Shown: positions 48,748 through 57,379 of the stretch, piece by piece
Layout: the number at the start of each line of letters is the position of its first letter
Position numbering within the stretch: the stretch's first letter is position 1
Source of the DNA: Acidimicrobiia bacterium
GTDB lineage: Bacteria; Actinomycetota; Acidimicrobiia; Spongiisociales; Spongiisociaceae
Length of the DNA stretch: 64,000 nt
Direction of reading: 5' to 3'
Assembly (NCBI GenBank): GCA_965231815.1
Contig: OZ246890.1
Span: 2,833,388 to 2,897,387 of the forward strand
Translations under genes and position numbers: made by a program
The notes under the pieces: model-generated
Told to the model about the DNA's origin: nothing
Databases searched by the model: none
Seen by the model: the letters and a program-made list of their open reading frames with translations, nothing else

Positions 48748-49911
48748 TTGATGGCTTATGTGTTCCTGCTTCCTGACATAGGGGAGGGCTTGGTAGAGGC
48801 GGATATCGTTCGCTGGCGCGTTCAGGTTGGTAACCGGATCGAAAGCGATGAGGTGCTCGTCGAGGTCGAGACCGCCAAAGCAGTAGTTGCCCTACCCTCT
48901 CCCGCTGCCGGTACCGTGCTTCATCAGGGCGCCGGCGAGGGCGCCACCCTGATGGTCGGATCCGTCCTTGCCGTGATCGGTGACCCGGGGGAGAACTGGC
49001 AGGGTGAGGGTGACGGAGACCCGATCGACGGTGATGAGACCGCCGTTACGGCCGAGAACCGGTCGACGAAACGCCGTCGAGGTCGAGGAAAGGCCCTCCC
49101 TGTAATACGCAAGTTGGCTCGGGAGCAGGGGGTTGATCTGTCCACCGTGGACGGTAGCGGCCCGGGGGGTCGGATCACCAGGGAGGATGTCCTGGCGGCG
49201 GCAGCCATGAAGGCTAAGCCGGTGGCCGAAGGAGATGAACGGATCCGTCTCTCCATGCTGCGCCGTACCATTTCCGATCATATGACCAGGTCGTGGCGGG
49301 AGATCCCGCACGTAACGATCTTCCATGACGCAGATGCGTCCCGCTTGCTGGCCGCCCGGCGCGCCCTTGGAGTCCGGCACGGGAGAGACATTCCGATGGA
49401 GGCCATGGTTGTCAAGGCGTTGGTACCCATCCTGGCTCGGTTTCGGGAGTTCAACGCCACTCTGGACGGCGATGAACTGGTGCTGCACCGAGCACTTGAT
49501 ATCGGGATAGCGGTGGACACCAGCGACGGCTTGCTCGTGCCGGTAATCCAAGATGTTGGGAAGCTCGGGTTGATGTCGCTGGCAGATTCCATATCGGATC
49601 TCGGAGTGAGGGGTAAGGCCCGCACGCTGGAGGCTGGTGAACTGACCGGGTCGGGCTTTACGGTGTCCAACTTCGGGGCTCTCGGAGGGGGCCGGGGAAC
49701 CCCGATCATTCCGCACGGTACGACGGCCATTCTGGCGATAGGCCGAGCGACCGACACCCCCGTGGTCAGGGACGGCAAGGTGGTCATTGCGACGATGATG
49801 CCCCTGTCCTTGGCGCTTGACCATCGGGTGATAGACGGAGGGTCAGGTCAGCGCTTCATGGGAATGCTGGTCGAGAACCTGGAGGAGCCGGCACTTTTCC
49901 TGGCTGACTGA
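48748..49911 (+). CDS. 2-oxo acid dehydrogenase E2 component (dihydrolipoamide acyltransferase)
   Basis: N-terminal lipoyl domain (VEVETAKAVVALPSP), a peripheral subunit-binding domain (LPVIRKLAREQGVDLSTVDGSGPGGRITRED), and a catalytic domain with DHRVIDGG. Confidence 0.8.
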   Translation: MMAYVFLLPDIGEGLVEADIVRWRVQVGNRIESDEVLVEVETAKAVVALPSPAAGTVLHQGAGEGATLMVGSVLAVIGDPGENWQGEGDGDPIDGDETAVTAENRSTKRRRGRGKALPVIRKLAREQGVDLSTVDGSGPGGRITREDVLAAAAMKAKPVAEGDERIRLSMLRRTISDHMTRSWREIPHVTIFHDADASRLLAARRALGVRHGRDIPMEAMVVKALVPILARFREFNATLDGDELVLHRALDIGIAVDTSDGLLVPVIQDVGKLGLMSLADSISDLGVRGKARTLEAGELTGSGFTVSNFGALGGGRGTPIIPHGTTAILAIGRATDTPVVRDGKVVIATMMPLSLALDHRVIDGGSGQRFMGMLVENLEEPALFLAD

Positions 49912-49924
49912 TCGACAAGTTTAC

Positions 49925-49952
49925 AGGCGTCGAGCAGGGCTCTCGACCCTCT
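49925..49952. terminator. possible bidirectional hairpin between convergent E2 and GNAT genes
   Basis: GTCGAG-CAGGGCT-CTCGAC stem-loop followed by CCTCTTT. Confidence 0.3.
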
Positions 49953-49966
49953 TTGGATGCATGGTC

Positions 49967-50572
49967 TCAGCCGGTGAGCACCTTCTCGTAGACTATCGAC
50001 TTCTGTAAGCGATCCTCGGGTACATCGAAGTAGGTTCTGAGGATTGACTCGGAATCATCCGACAGCAGGTATCCCGCTCGTTCCAGTTGGCCACGGGCCT
50101 TGTAGTTGGCCATGTACGTCCCGATTAGAATCCGGACCGGGACCGGTAGGGCGCCCTCCAGATGGGTTAGCAGCTTTGTGCCGATTCCGATCCGCTGGTA
50201 CTGCGGCAGGACATAGGCATGGCGCATGAGCACCGCGTCCCCGGCCGGTTCGCACCCCATCACCCCCACGAGCAATCCATCGAGGAACGCTCCCCACCAG
50301 GTCATGCGTTGTGCTTCGCCATCCCAGCCGGCTTCGTCCATCTCGGCGGGCTGGTGTTCCTCACTGCTCAAGAACTCCCGGTACCACTCGGCTGCCGTGT
50401 TGATGACATGTAACGCAGCGCCTCGTTCGCTACTCGTTACCGGGCGAAAGGTCGGACGCTGCTCGGATGTGTGCGCAAGCGCATCTCGAACCTCTAATCG
50501 ATGAAGGTGCGGAGCCTTCGCGTGTCTCACCGATTCATGTCCGGATTCTCGCATACTCACTTGGTGGTCCAC
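49967..50572 (-). CDS. GNAT family N-acetyltransferase
   Basis: Acetyl-CoA binding motif (QRIGIGTKLL) in the C-terminal half; true start probably internal. Confidence 0.65.
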   Translation of the reverse strand: MDHQVSMRESGHESVRHAKAPHLHRLEVRDALAHTSEQRPTFRPVTSSERGAALHVINTAAEWYREFLSSEEHQPAEMDEAGWDGEAQRMTWWGAFLDGLLVGVMGCEPAGDAVLMRHAYVLPQYQRIGIGTKLLTHLEGALPVPVRILIGTYMANYKARGQLERAGYLLSDDSESILRTYFDVPEDRLQKSIVYEKVLTG

Positions 50573-50908
50573 CCACCGCTCTCCACCAAGCCGTGTCCGG
50601 CCACGTTGGACATGCGCCCTGATGCCGGCAGGGCGGCCACTTCGGCGATATCCCCCGGTTTCGCAGCCCTGCCAACCGGAATGCGAGACTCGATTGCGGT
50701 CCGGAGGTCAGATTGGTCCGACAGCCACTTGGTCATCGGGGTCCACCATACCCGGACCAACCCGGCGAGCGCCCACACGCGCAATCGCGACAAATCGAGG
50801 CGCCGAGTCGATTCACGATGGCAGCATCCGTGTATCCTCCTTGCGGGTGCCGACGAAATCGGCTTGTTGACTGGTCAGTGTGGAGCCGGGTTTTGGCCGG
50901 GGGGGGGG

Positions 50909-51838
50909 TTATGACGCGGTAGCGGTGGTGGTTGTTGTGGTGTAGGGGGTGAGGATTGTGTCGGCGGCTTCGATCATCGGAGCGCACACCGGGTGATTGG
51001 GGTCGCCGAACTCCATAATGTAGAACTTGGTTCTCCACGCGTACCAGCGGACGTTTATGGCTGCTTCACCTATTTCACGGATGTCCTGAACAGATGAAAC
51101 TCCCAGATTCGCCAACGCTTGGAGGTCGGCGCTGTGTACCCTATCGTAGTAGTCATAGGACAGCAAGTCCGGGTTTACTTGGAGCAGGCCCGGCTTGAGT
51201 TTGGTGATCGTGGCGACCATCTTGTCGAAACCGGAGCGACCCGGTTCAACTTCGAAGGTCGGATCACGCAGAGCCGCATCTATCAGGAAGGCCTCTTCGG
51301 AATTGTAGAGGCCTTCGTCTCGACTATCGTAATCCCAAGAAGGATCATCATAAACCATCTCAATTCGGAAAGTCTTGGCGCATTCGGTGGCGGGTAAGCC
51401 CTCCCAGGTGCTGGGTAGGCGGTGGTCCCAGGTGGGGTGGTGAACCCGGCGAGGAACCGATCTGTCCGAAGTAGTGGTCGTGACGGACAGTTGTGGGGCA
51501 GTGGTGATAGTTGTAGTCGTCTGGTCGTTTTGTGCAGGCGAATCGACTTCGGGTTCCGGTTGGGATAGTGGAGTTGTGTGATCGGTCACCGAGATGCCTC
51601 CCGTCCCGCCGTCGCTAGCCACGTCGTAGCCGCCTGAGGGGTCGAGCCATCCCGCTACGGTGGTGTCCGTCACCGCGAAACCGTCCTCACCGGTCGTCGC
51701 GGTTGTCTGCTCAGGAACCGTTGTCGTGGTGTTAGTGCCGTCGCCCTCGGTACCCATTGCGGAGACCACCGACAGCACGACCAACCCGCCGACCAGTACA
51801 CCGGCGACCGCGACAGCCCAGACACCGAAGCTGTTCAC
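50909..51838 (-). CDS. secreted/anchored Thr-rich protein, tandem paralog 1 (unknown C-terminal domain)
   Basis: Signal-anchor (WAVAVAGVLVGGLVVLSVVSA), a T/D-rich region, and a conserved C-terminal domain. ~75-80% nt identity to the adjacent gene, including ~60 nt of 3' flank. Confidence 0.6.
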   Translation of the reverse strand: MNSFGVWAVAVAGVLVGGLVVLSVVSAMGTEGDGTNTTTTVPEQTTATTGEDGFAVTDTTVAGWLDPSGGYDVASDGGTGGISVTDHTTPLSQPEPEVDSPAQNDQTTTTITTAPQLSVTTTTSDRSVPRRVHHPTWDHRLPSTWEGLPATECAKTFRIEMVYDDPSWDYDSRDEGLYNSEEAFLIDAALRDPTFEVEPGRSGFDKMVATITKLKPGLLQVNPDLLSYDYYDRVHSADLQALANLGVSSVQDIREIGEAAINVRWYAWRTKFYIMEFGDPNHPVCAPMIEAADTILTPYTTTTTTATAS

Positions 51839-51931
51839 CGTGTTTGCACCTCTCGCCCTCCTCGCCGGTTCCGATCATATCGGCTTGTTGACTGACTCGG
51901 TGTGGAGCCTGGTTTTGGCCGGGGGGTGGTT

Positions 51932-52852
51932 TTATGACGTGTAGGGGGTGAGGATTGTGTTGGCGGCTTCGATCATCGGAGCGCATGACGGGTGATTGGG
52001 GTCGCCCCATTTGTTGATTAGGCGATTCACCCTCCATGTGTACCAGCGGACATTGGCGGCGGCTTCGCCCATGTTACGGATGTCCTGTACAGACGAAACC
52101 CCAAGGTTCGTCAACGCTTGGTGGTGAATGTCGTATGTCTCGTTGTAGTAGTCGTAGGACAGCAAGTCCGGGTTTACATCTAGTAGGTACGGGTTTAGTT
52201 TGGTGATCGTGGCGACCATCTTGTCGAATCCGGAGCGGCCGGGTTCAACTTCGAAGGTCGGGTCACGCAGGGCCGCGTCTATTAGAAAGCTTTCGGCGGT
52301 TCCGTAGAGGCCTTCCATCCGAAGGAAATCATCCCAGGCATGCCATGCACGACGTATCTTAACTCGGAAGGTATTAGCGCATTCGGTGGCGCGCAACCCA
52401 CCCCAGGTGCTGGGTAGGCGGTGGTCCCAGGTGGGGTGGTGAACCCGCCGAGGAACCGACCTGTCCGAAGTAGTGGTCGTGACGGCCAGCGGCGGGACAG
52501 TGGTGATAGTTGTACTGGTCGGGTCGCTTTGTGCGGCAGGGTCGGTGGTTTGTTCCGATCCGGAAACCGGAACGGTGGTATCGGTTACCGAGATGCCTCC
52601 CGTCCCGGCGTCGCCAGCGGCAGTGTCGTAGTCGCCTGATGGGTCGAGCCATCCAGCCACCGTGGTGTCCGTCACCGCGAAACCGTCCTCACCGGTCGTC
52701 GCAGTTGTCTCATCGGGAAGGACCGTGGTGGTGTTGGCACTGTCGCCCTCGGTACCCATGGCGGAAACCACCGACAGCACAACCAGCCCGACGAGCAGTA
52801 CACCGGCAACCGCGGCAGCCCAGAAGCTGCGACGGTTCGCTCGTGGTTGCAT
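51932..52852 (-). CDS. secreted/anchored Thr-rich protein, tandem paralog 2
   Basis: Same architecture as 50909-51838. The duplicated unit is ~1.0 kb. Confidence 0.6.
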   Translation of the reverse strand: MQPRANRRSFWAAAVAGVLLVGLVVLSVVSAMGTEGDSANTTTVLPDETTATTGEDGFAVTDTTVAGWLDPSGDYDTAAGDAGTGGISVTDTTVPVSGSEQTTDPAAQSDPTSTTITTVPPLAVTTTTSDRSVPRRVHHPTWDHRLPSTWGGLRATECANTFRVKIRRAWHAWDDFLRMEGLYGTAESFLIDAALRDPTFEVEPGRSGFDKMVATITKLNPYLLDVNPDLLSYDYYNETYDIHHQALTNLGVSSVQDIRNMGEAAANVRWYTWRVNRLINKWGDPNHPSCAPMIEAANTILTPYTS

Positions 52853-52961
52853 CCATCCTCCTGATTTCCGTGTTCTGGTTGTTGCCGGTTGCGGTGTTAG
52901 TGTAGCGGTCCGGATTCGATACCGTCCGCGGGTGCGGTTGTCGGTTGAAGGAGGGCAAGGC

Positions 52962-55900
52962 TTGGTTCGTCGGTTTTCGTTGGTCGGTTTGTTGTGGACT
53001 GTCGGGCTGGTGTCGTTATTCGTGGTTTCCAGTGTGAGTACCTCGTGGTCGGGTGCTCAGGCGCCGGGTTCGACTACTTCCACGACGGTGTCTCCCTATG
53101 AGCCTGATCCGAAGGGTTTGGTTGCGCATGTCGACCGGTTGCGGCGTCATTCGTTGGGTACGGATGTGTGGCAGGTGTGGGTGTGTGAACTCGAGGAGGA
53201 GAAGCTGACGCTTGATCCTGAAGAGTTGGTTGAGGAGTGGGAGAGGGAGATCAGACCGTATTTCTGGTGGCTTTCGGATAAGCGTTATAACCCGGTGTTC
53301 GTAGCGGGCGGCGAACCGGTATCGGCCAACGTTGAAAACACGGGTATAGAAATCGTGGAGATGGCTTGCGCTGAGGCGGTGGAACATGCGGTCGAGTCCG
53401 GCGGGTCGCTTGTTTCGGGGGCGGAAGCGACGGAGCCGAACGGGGTGATCATCGTGGTCAACTCCAACAGAATCGGTCCAGCGTCTCGTTCAGCCTTGGG
53501 TATCGGAAGCGGTATGTCGGTTGGTGATCCGTGTTTAGAACCAAGACCTGCTGCGGGGTGTGATTCGTTTCCTGGGAATGGTCGGTATGTGATGGTGGCG
53601 GGCGGGCGTGTTGTTCCCGGTATTGGTCAGCGACGGTTGCTGGTGGCGCATGAGATGGGGCACACGATCGGGTTTCCGCATTCTCATGCCTCCGATGACA
53701 ATAAGTATGACAATCCGATGGATGTGATGAGCAATGCTTTTCGTCATGTGTATGAGGATCGTCGGGGTGTGTGGAGGAGCAAGTTGAGGGTGGGGACTAT
53801 CGGGGTGAACAGGTATCAGGCTGGTTGGGTCGATCCTGGTCGGGTTGTGGATGATCATCCGGGTGGTGTGGCGGTTACTTACGCGTTGGTTCCCCCGGGG
53901 TTTTCTCGGGGGAAGTCTTTGCTTCCGGTGGGGACGTTACCGGAGTTGATGGCGTTCAAACGGCAGGCGGGGGTGTTCGTGTCGTTGGGTGCTCGGGTGG
54001 CTGAGGGTTACGACTCCGAAATCGCCGTGAAGCCTATCGGTCATGACGCGGGGACGGGAAAGGTGGTGGCGGCGGGGCAGGAGGGGGTGGAGGTGTATGT
54101 GGTTGATCAGCGAACGACGCAGTGTGGCGCAAACTACAGTGTTGACGGTGCGTGTATCTCTGTAGTGCGGGCTACCACTCAGTCTCCTGCGAATGGTTTG
54201 TCGACGGATCATGTGTATGGGGTGGATCAGGAATTCGTGACGGGGGCATACCGGTTCGGTGGGTTGCTGATACCGGGGTTCGGGGTTCGGGTCGTGGAAC
54301 GGGTGAACGACGCTTGGTTGCTTCGGGTCACGCCACCGAGCGGCGCCGCCGGGCCTTTCAACGATATCTCCGGGAACAGCGACCGGTTCCGTATCGAGTT
54401 GTTGAAGTGGTTGGATATTACGAGTGGGTGCGGTTCCGGTGTGGGGTATTGCCCTTCCAGGGTCACGAACCGGGCGGAGATGGCGGTGTTTCTGGTGCGG
54501 GCGTTGGGGAAGGATCCGGTTCTTAAGTCTGAGAAGCCGACGTCAACGTTTGGTGATGTGCTTCGGTCGTATTGGGCGTGGGGGTATATAGAACGACTGC
54601 ACGAGTTGGGGATCACTCAGGGCTGCGGGCGTTCTACAGATAGAGTTAAGCGTTACTGCCCGGAGTCGCAGGTGACGAACGGGCATGTAGCCGTGTTCGT
54701 GGTACGGGCCTTGGAAAAAGACAAGTCGCTGCCCACCGCAGGGCAGACATTCGGGGATGTTCCCCCCACCCATTGGGCGCACGGTCACATCGAACGTCTC
54801 GAAGAACTCGACATCGCTATCGACGTCGAAATGCGCGGGAAACGGTACTTCTCTCCCGACGCCAAAACCCGCCGCGGTGCCGCGGCTCGCCGGTTGACCG
54901 AAGCCGCGGTCACCCTGCAAGACGTTTCGCACACGCCGGTTATTGACGGTGACGCACCGTCCATGCCTCTCAACGTAACTGTCGGAGGCGTGTGGGATCT
55001 GAGTTGGGATCCGCCCGCCGCGTCGAGTCCCGGACCCACGGCCGGATACGAAATCTCATACGGACTAGTCGACGGACCCGGTTGGATCGCTTCGGTCGGC
55101 GACACCGAAACCGTGGACCTGTACACCTTCGTAGATGACAATAGGGGTAAGACACTGTACGCGAAGGTTCGGGCGTACAACAACCACGGAGCGTCAAGAT
55201 GGGCAGCCGCCCCAACGATCATAGCCCCACCCGTCGCGCTGGGGGTGCCGCCGGCGCCTACCAACGTCAAAGCAGTGTCGAACACCGCAGGCCGGGTCAC
55301 CCTCACCTGGAACCCACCCCCCACACCGAACATCGCCGCAACCGAAGCTAACAATGGTGATGACGACCTCACCGCGATCGTCGGTTACCGGATCCTCCGC
55401 AAACCGGTCGGCGACGAAAACACATTCGAGGTCATCGCTGCGAACACCGCCGCCACCGCCACCACCTACACCGACACCACCGTCACCCCCGGCGTTCGAT
55501 ACCAGTACCGGATCCACGCCATCAACAAAGGCCGGCTCATCAGCACCCAAGGCTCCACGGTAGAAGTCACCGTCAAATCCCCACCCACCACCACAACAAC
55601 CACCGTCCCGACAACAACCACCACCGAAGCCGCCACCGGGCTGACCCTATCCGTTTCCGACGCTACCGCCACAGAAGGCGAAACCATGGTGTTCAACGTG
55701 TCGTTGAACAAAGAACCACTCGGTGTCCAAGTAGTAGTCAACTACCAATCACAACCCGTCACCGCCACCGCCGGAACCGACTACATCGCACCGAGCGGAA
55801 CATTCATCTTCGGACCCTACGAAACCCGAAAAACCATCAGAGTAGGCATCAGAGACGACAACAGAACGGAAGAAACCGAAACCTTCCGAATCACCCTCTC

Positions 55901-55964
55901 ACAACCCTACGGCGCCACCATCACAAAACCCATCGGCACCGGCACCATCACCGACAACGACTAA
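52962..55964 (+). CDS. large cell-surface protein: metzincin-type Zn metalloprotease + 3 SLH-like domains + 2 FN3-like domains + Thr-rich linker + Calx-beta domain
   Basis: HEMGHTIGFPH matches the HExxHxxGxxH metzincin motif. Three SLH-like repeats (FGDVLRSYWAWGYIERLHELGITQGC...YCP...VTNGHVAVFVVRAL). Calx-beta at the C-terminus (ATEGETMVFNVSLNKEPLGVQVVVNYQSQPVTATAGTDY...DDNRTEETETFRITL). Start set at a TTG 6 nt after the GAAGGAGGG RBS; the upstream part of the ORF is antisense to paralog 2. Confidence 0.7.
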   Translation: MVRRFSLVGLLWTVGLVSLFVVSSVSTSWSGAQAPGSTTSTTVSPYEPDPKGLVAHVDRLRRHSLGTDVWQVWVCELEEEKLTLDPEELVEEWEREIRPYFWWLSDKRYNPVFVAGGEPVSANVENTGIEIVEMACAEAVEHAVESGGSLVSGAEATEPNGVIIVVNSNRIGPASRSALGIGSGMSVGDPCLEPRPAAGCDSFPGNGRYVMVAGGRVVPGIGQRRLLVAHEMGHTIGFPHSHASDDNKYDNPMDVMSNAFRHVYEDRRGVWRSKLRVGTIGVNRYQAGWVDPGRVVDDHPGGVAVTYALVPPGFSRGKSLLPVGTLPELMAFKRQAGVFVSLGARVAEGYDSEIAVKPIGHDAGTGKVVAAGQEGVEVYVVDQRTTQCGANYSVDGACISVVRATTQSPANGLSTDHVYGVDQEFVTGAYRFGGLLIPGFGVRVVERVNDAWLLRVTPPSGAAGPFNDISGNSDRFRIELLKWLDITSGCGSGVGYCPSRVTNRAEMAVFLVRALGKDPVLKSEKPTSTFGDVLRSYWAWGYIERLHELGITQGCGRSTDRVKRYCPESQVTNGHVAVFVVRALEKDKSLPTAGQTFGDVPPTHWAHGHIERLEELDIAIDVEMRGKRYFSPDAKTRRGAAARRLTEAAVTLQDVSHTPVIDGDAPSMPLNVTVGGVWDLSWDPPAASSPGPTAGYEISYGLVDGPGWIASVGDTETVDLYTFVDDNRGKTLYAKVRAYNNHGASRWAAAPTIIAPPVALGVPPAPTNVKAVSNTAGRVTLTWNPPPTPNIAATEANNGDDDLTAIVGYRILRKPVGDENTFEVIAANTAATATTYTDTTVTPGVRYQYRIHAINKGRLISTQGSTVEVTVKSPPTTTTTTVPTTTTTEAATGLTLSVSDATATEGETMVFNVSLNKEPLGVQVVVNYQSQPVTATAGTDYIAPSGTFIFGPYETRKTIRVGIRDDNRTEETETFRITLSQPYGATITKPIGTGTITDND

Positions 55965-56242
55965 ATATCTATAACCTCTAATCGACAAGTACGAGACCGT
56001 CGCGTTTCGTGGTGTGGGCTGTTGTCGCGGGTGGTCTTGGGTATAGCGGCGGGTTGTTTGGTGTCTGTGATGGTTCCGGGTTGAACCTTGTTCGTTGGAT
56101 GGAGAAATCAGACATGGGGGATCTACCCCGAGACTTTCTTGCCGTCCGCCGGGGTCCGCCGAGGTTACCTTCTCTCACGGAGATTGTCGGCTATCGTCAC
56201 GGTGCAAAGTGCCCAACGCTTCTGGGGAAGGTGAATTACAGG

Positions 56243-57301
56243 ATGGCCGGAATCGTACACATCGTCGGGACGGGAACTATCGGAGAGCCCCTCATCGGGC
56301 TCATGGCGGATAACCAAGAAGCCTTCGGGATCGACGAGGTTACCTTCCACAAACGAACCCCCCTCCTGCTAGAGCGGGGAAAGGTCAATGATCTGGTAAG
56401 GCGTGGCGCCCGACTCTCGGTGGACGCAGACCGGTGGTCCGGATTCGAGGAACTGGGCCATGCCCCCAAACTGGAGGCATGGGAGGCTATCGAGCGGGCC
56501 GACGTAGTGGTCGACTGCACGCCGGCAGGCAATGCCAACAAGGAAAAGTACTACCGACACGCAACCGAGGTCGGCGGTTTCCTGGCTCAGGGATCGGAGT
56601 TCGGCTTCGGGAAGATGTACGCCCGCGGGATCAACGATGAGGCTCTGGTCCGAGAGGAGGACCGCTACCTCCACATCGTCTCATGTAATACCCATAACAT
56701 CGCGGTACTTCTCAAAACCCTCGGGTTCGATCAAGACGGCGCCAACCACGTAGTCGAGGGGACTTTCCTGTGTATCAGGCGGGCCAACGATATCAGCCAA
56801 GCCGGGAAGTTTATCCCCGCCCCGGAAGTCGGGACCCATCCCAAAGGTCGTTTCGGGACTCACCACGCGAAAGACGCCCACCACCTATTCCAGACTATCG
56901 GCCACGAACTCGACCTGTTCTCATCCGCTCTCAAAGTGAACAGCCAATATATGCACGCGCTCCACTTCGAGATCGTTCTCGACAAGGAGATAACCGTTTC
57001 AGAGGCCCAGGAGAGGCTGGAGGCCAACCCCAGGGTGGCCATTACCTACAAGCGGTCCGCCAACCAGATATTCTCCTTCGGTCGGGATCATGGCTACTAC
57101 GGGCGGATCCTCAGCCAGACCGTCGTTCCGGTCGAGACCTTGACGGTGCGCGGCGGCAACAGGATCGTCGGTTTCTGCTTTACTCCCCAGGACGGCAACC
57201 CGATGCTCTCCACGGTGGCCGCCACACTCTGGTACCTGCACCCGGGCGGGTTCGAAGAGCGGCTGAACGTGTTGAGGCGCTACATATTCCCCGAGGTTTG
57301 A
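56243..57301 (+). CDS. type II (archaeal-type) glyceraldehyde-3-phosphate dehydrogenase-like oxidoreductase
   Basis: N-terminal VHIVGTGTIGEP Rossmann motif and catalytic-Cys motif VSCNTHNIAVLLK (compare SCNTT in archaeal GAPDH); ~352 aa. Confidence 0.45.
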   Translation: MAGIVHIVGTGTIGEPLIGLMADNQEAFGIDEVTFHKRTPLLLERGKVNDLVRRGARLSVDADRWSGFEELGHAPKLEAWEAIERADVVVDCTPAGNANKEKYYRHATEVGGFLAQGSEFGFGKMYARGINDEALVREEDRYLHIVSCNTHNIAVLLKTLGFDQDGANHVVEGTFLCIRRANDISQAGKFIPAPEVGTHPKGRFGTHHAKDAHHLFQTIGHELDLFSSALKVNSQYMHALHFEIVLDKEITVSEAQERLEANPRVAITYKRSANQIFSFGRDHGYYGRILSQTVVPVETLTVRGGNRIVGFCFTPQDGNPMLSTVAATLWYLHPGGFEERLNVLRRYIFPEV

Positions 57302-57379
57302 TCTTGATGATACGCAGCGACCAAGCCTTCAATACCTGAACCGCTTGTAATGGTTAACTCTCCTTAGGTCGAATAGGCA

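Noticed and set aside
52662-52961. N-terminal 100 codons of the 1100-aa ORF as part of the metalloprotease
   Set aside because: This stretch is antisense to the tandem paralog at 51932-52852 and mirrors its Thr/Pro-rich composition. A TTG with a strong GAAGGAGGG RBS at 52962, immediately before the signal-anchor helix, is the more plausible start.
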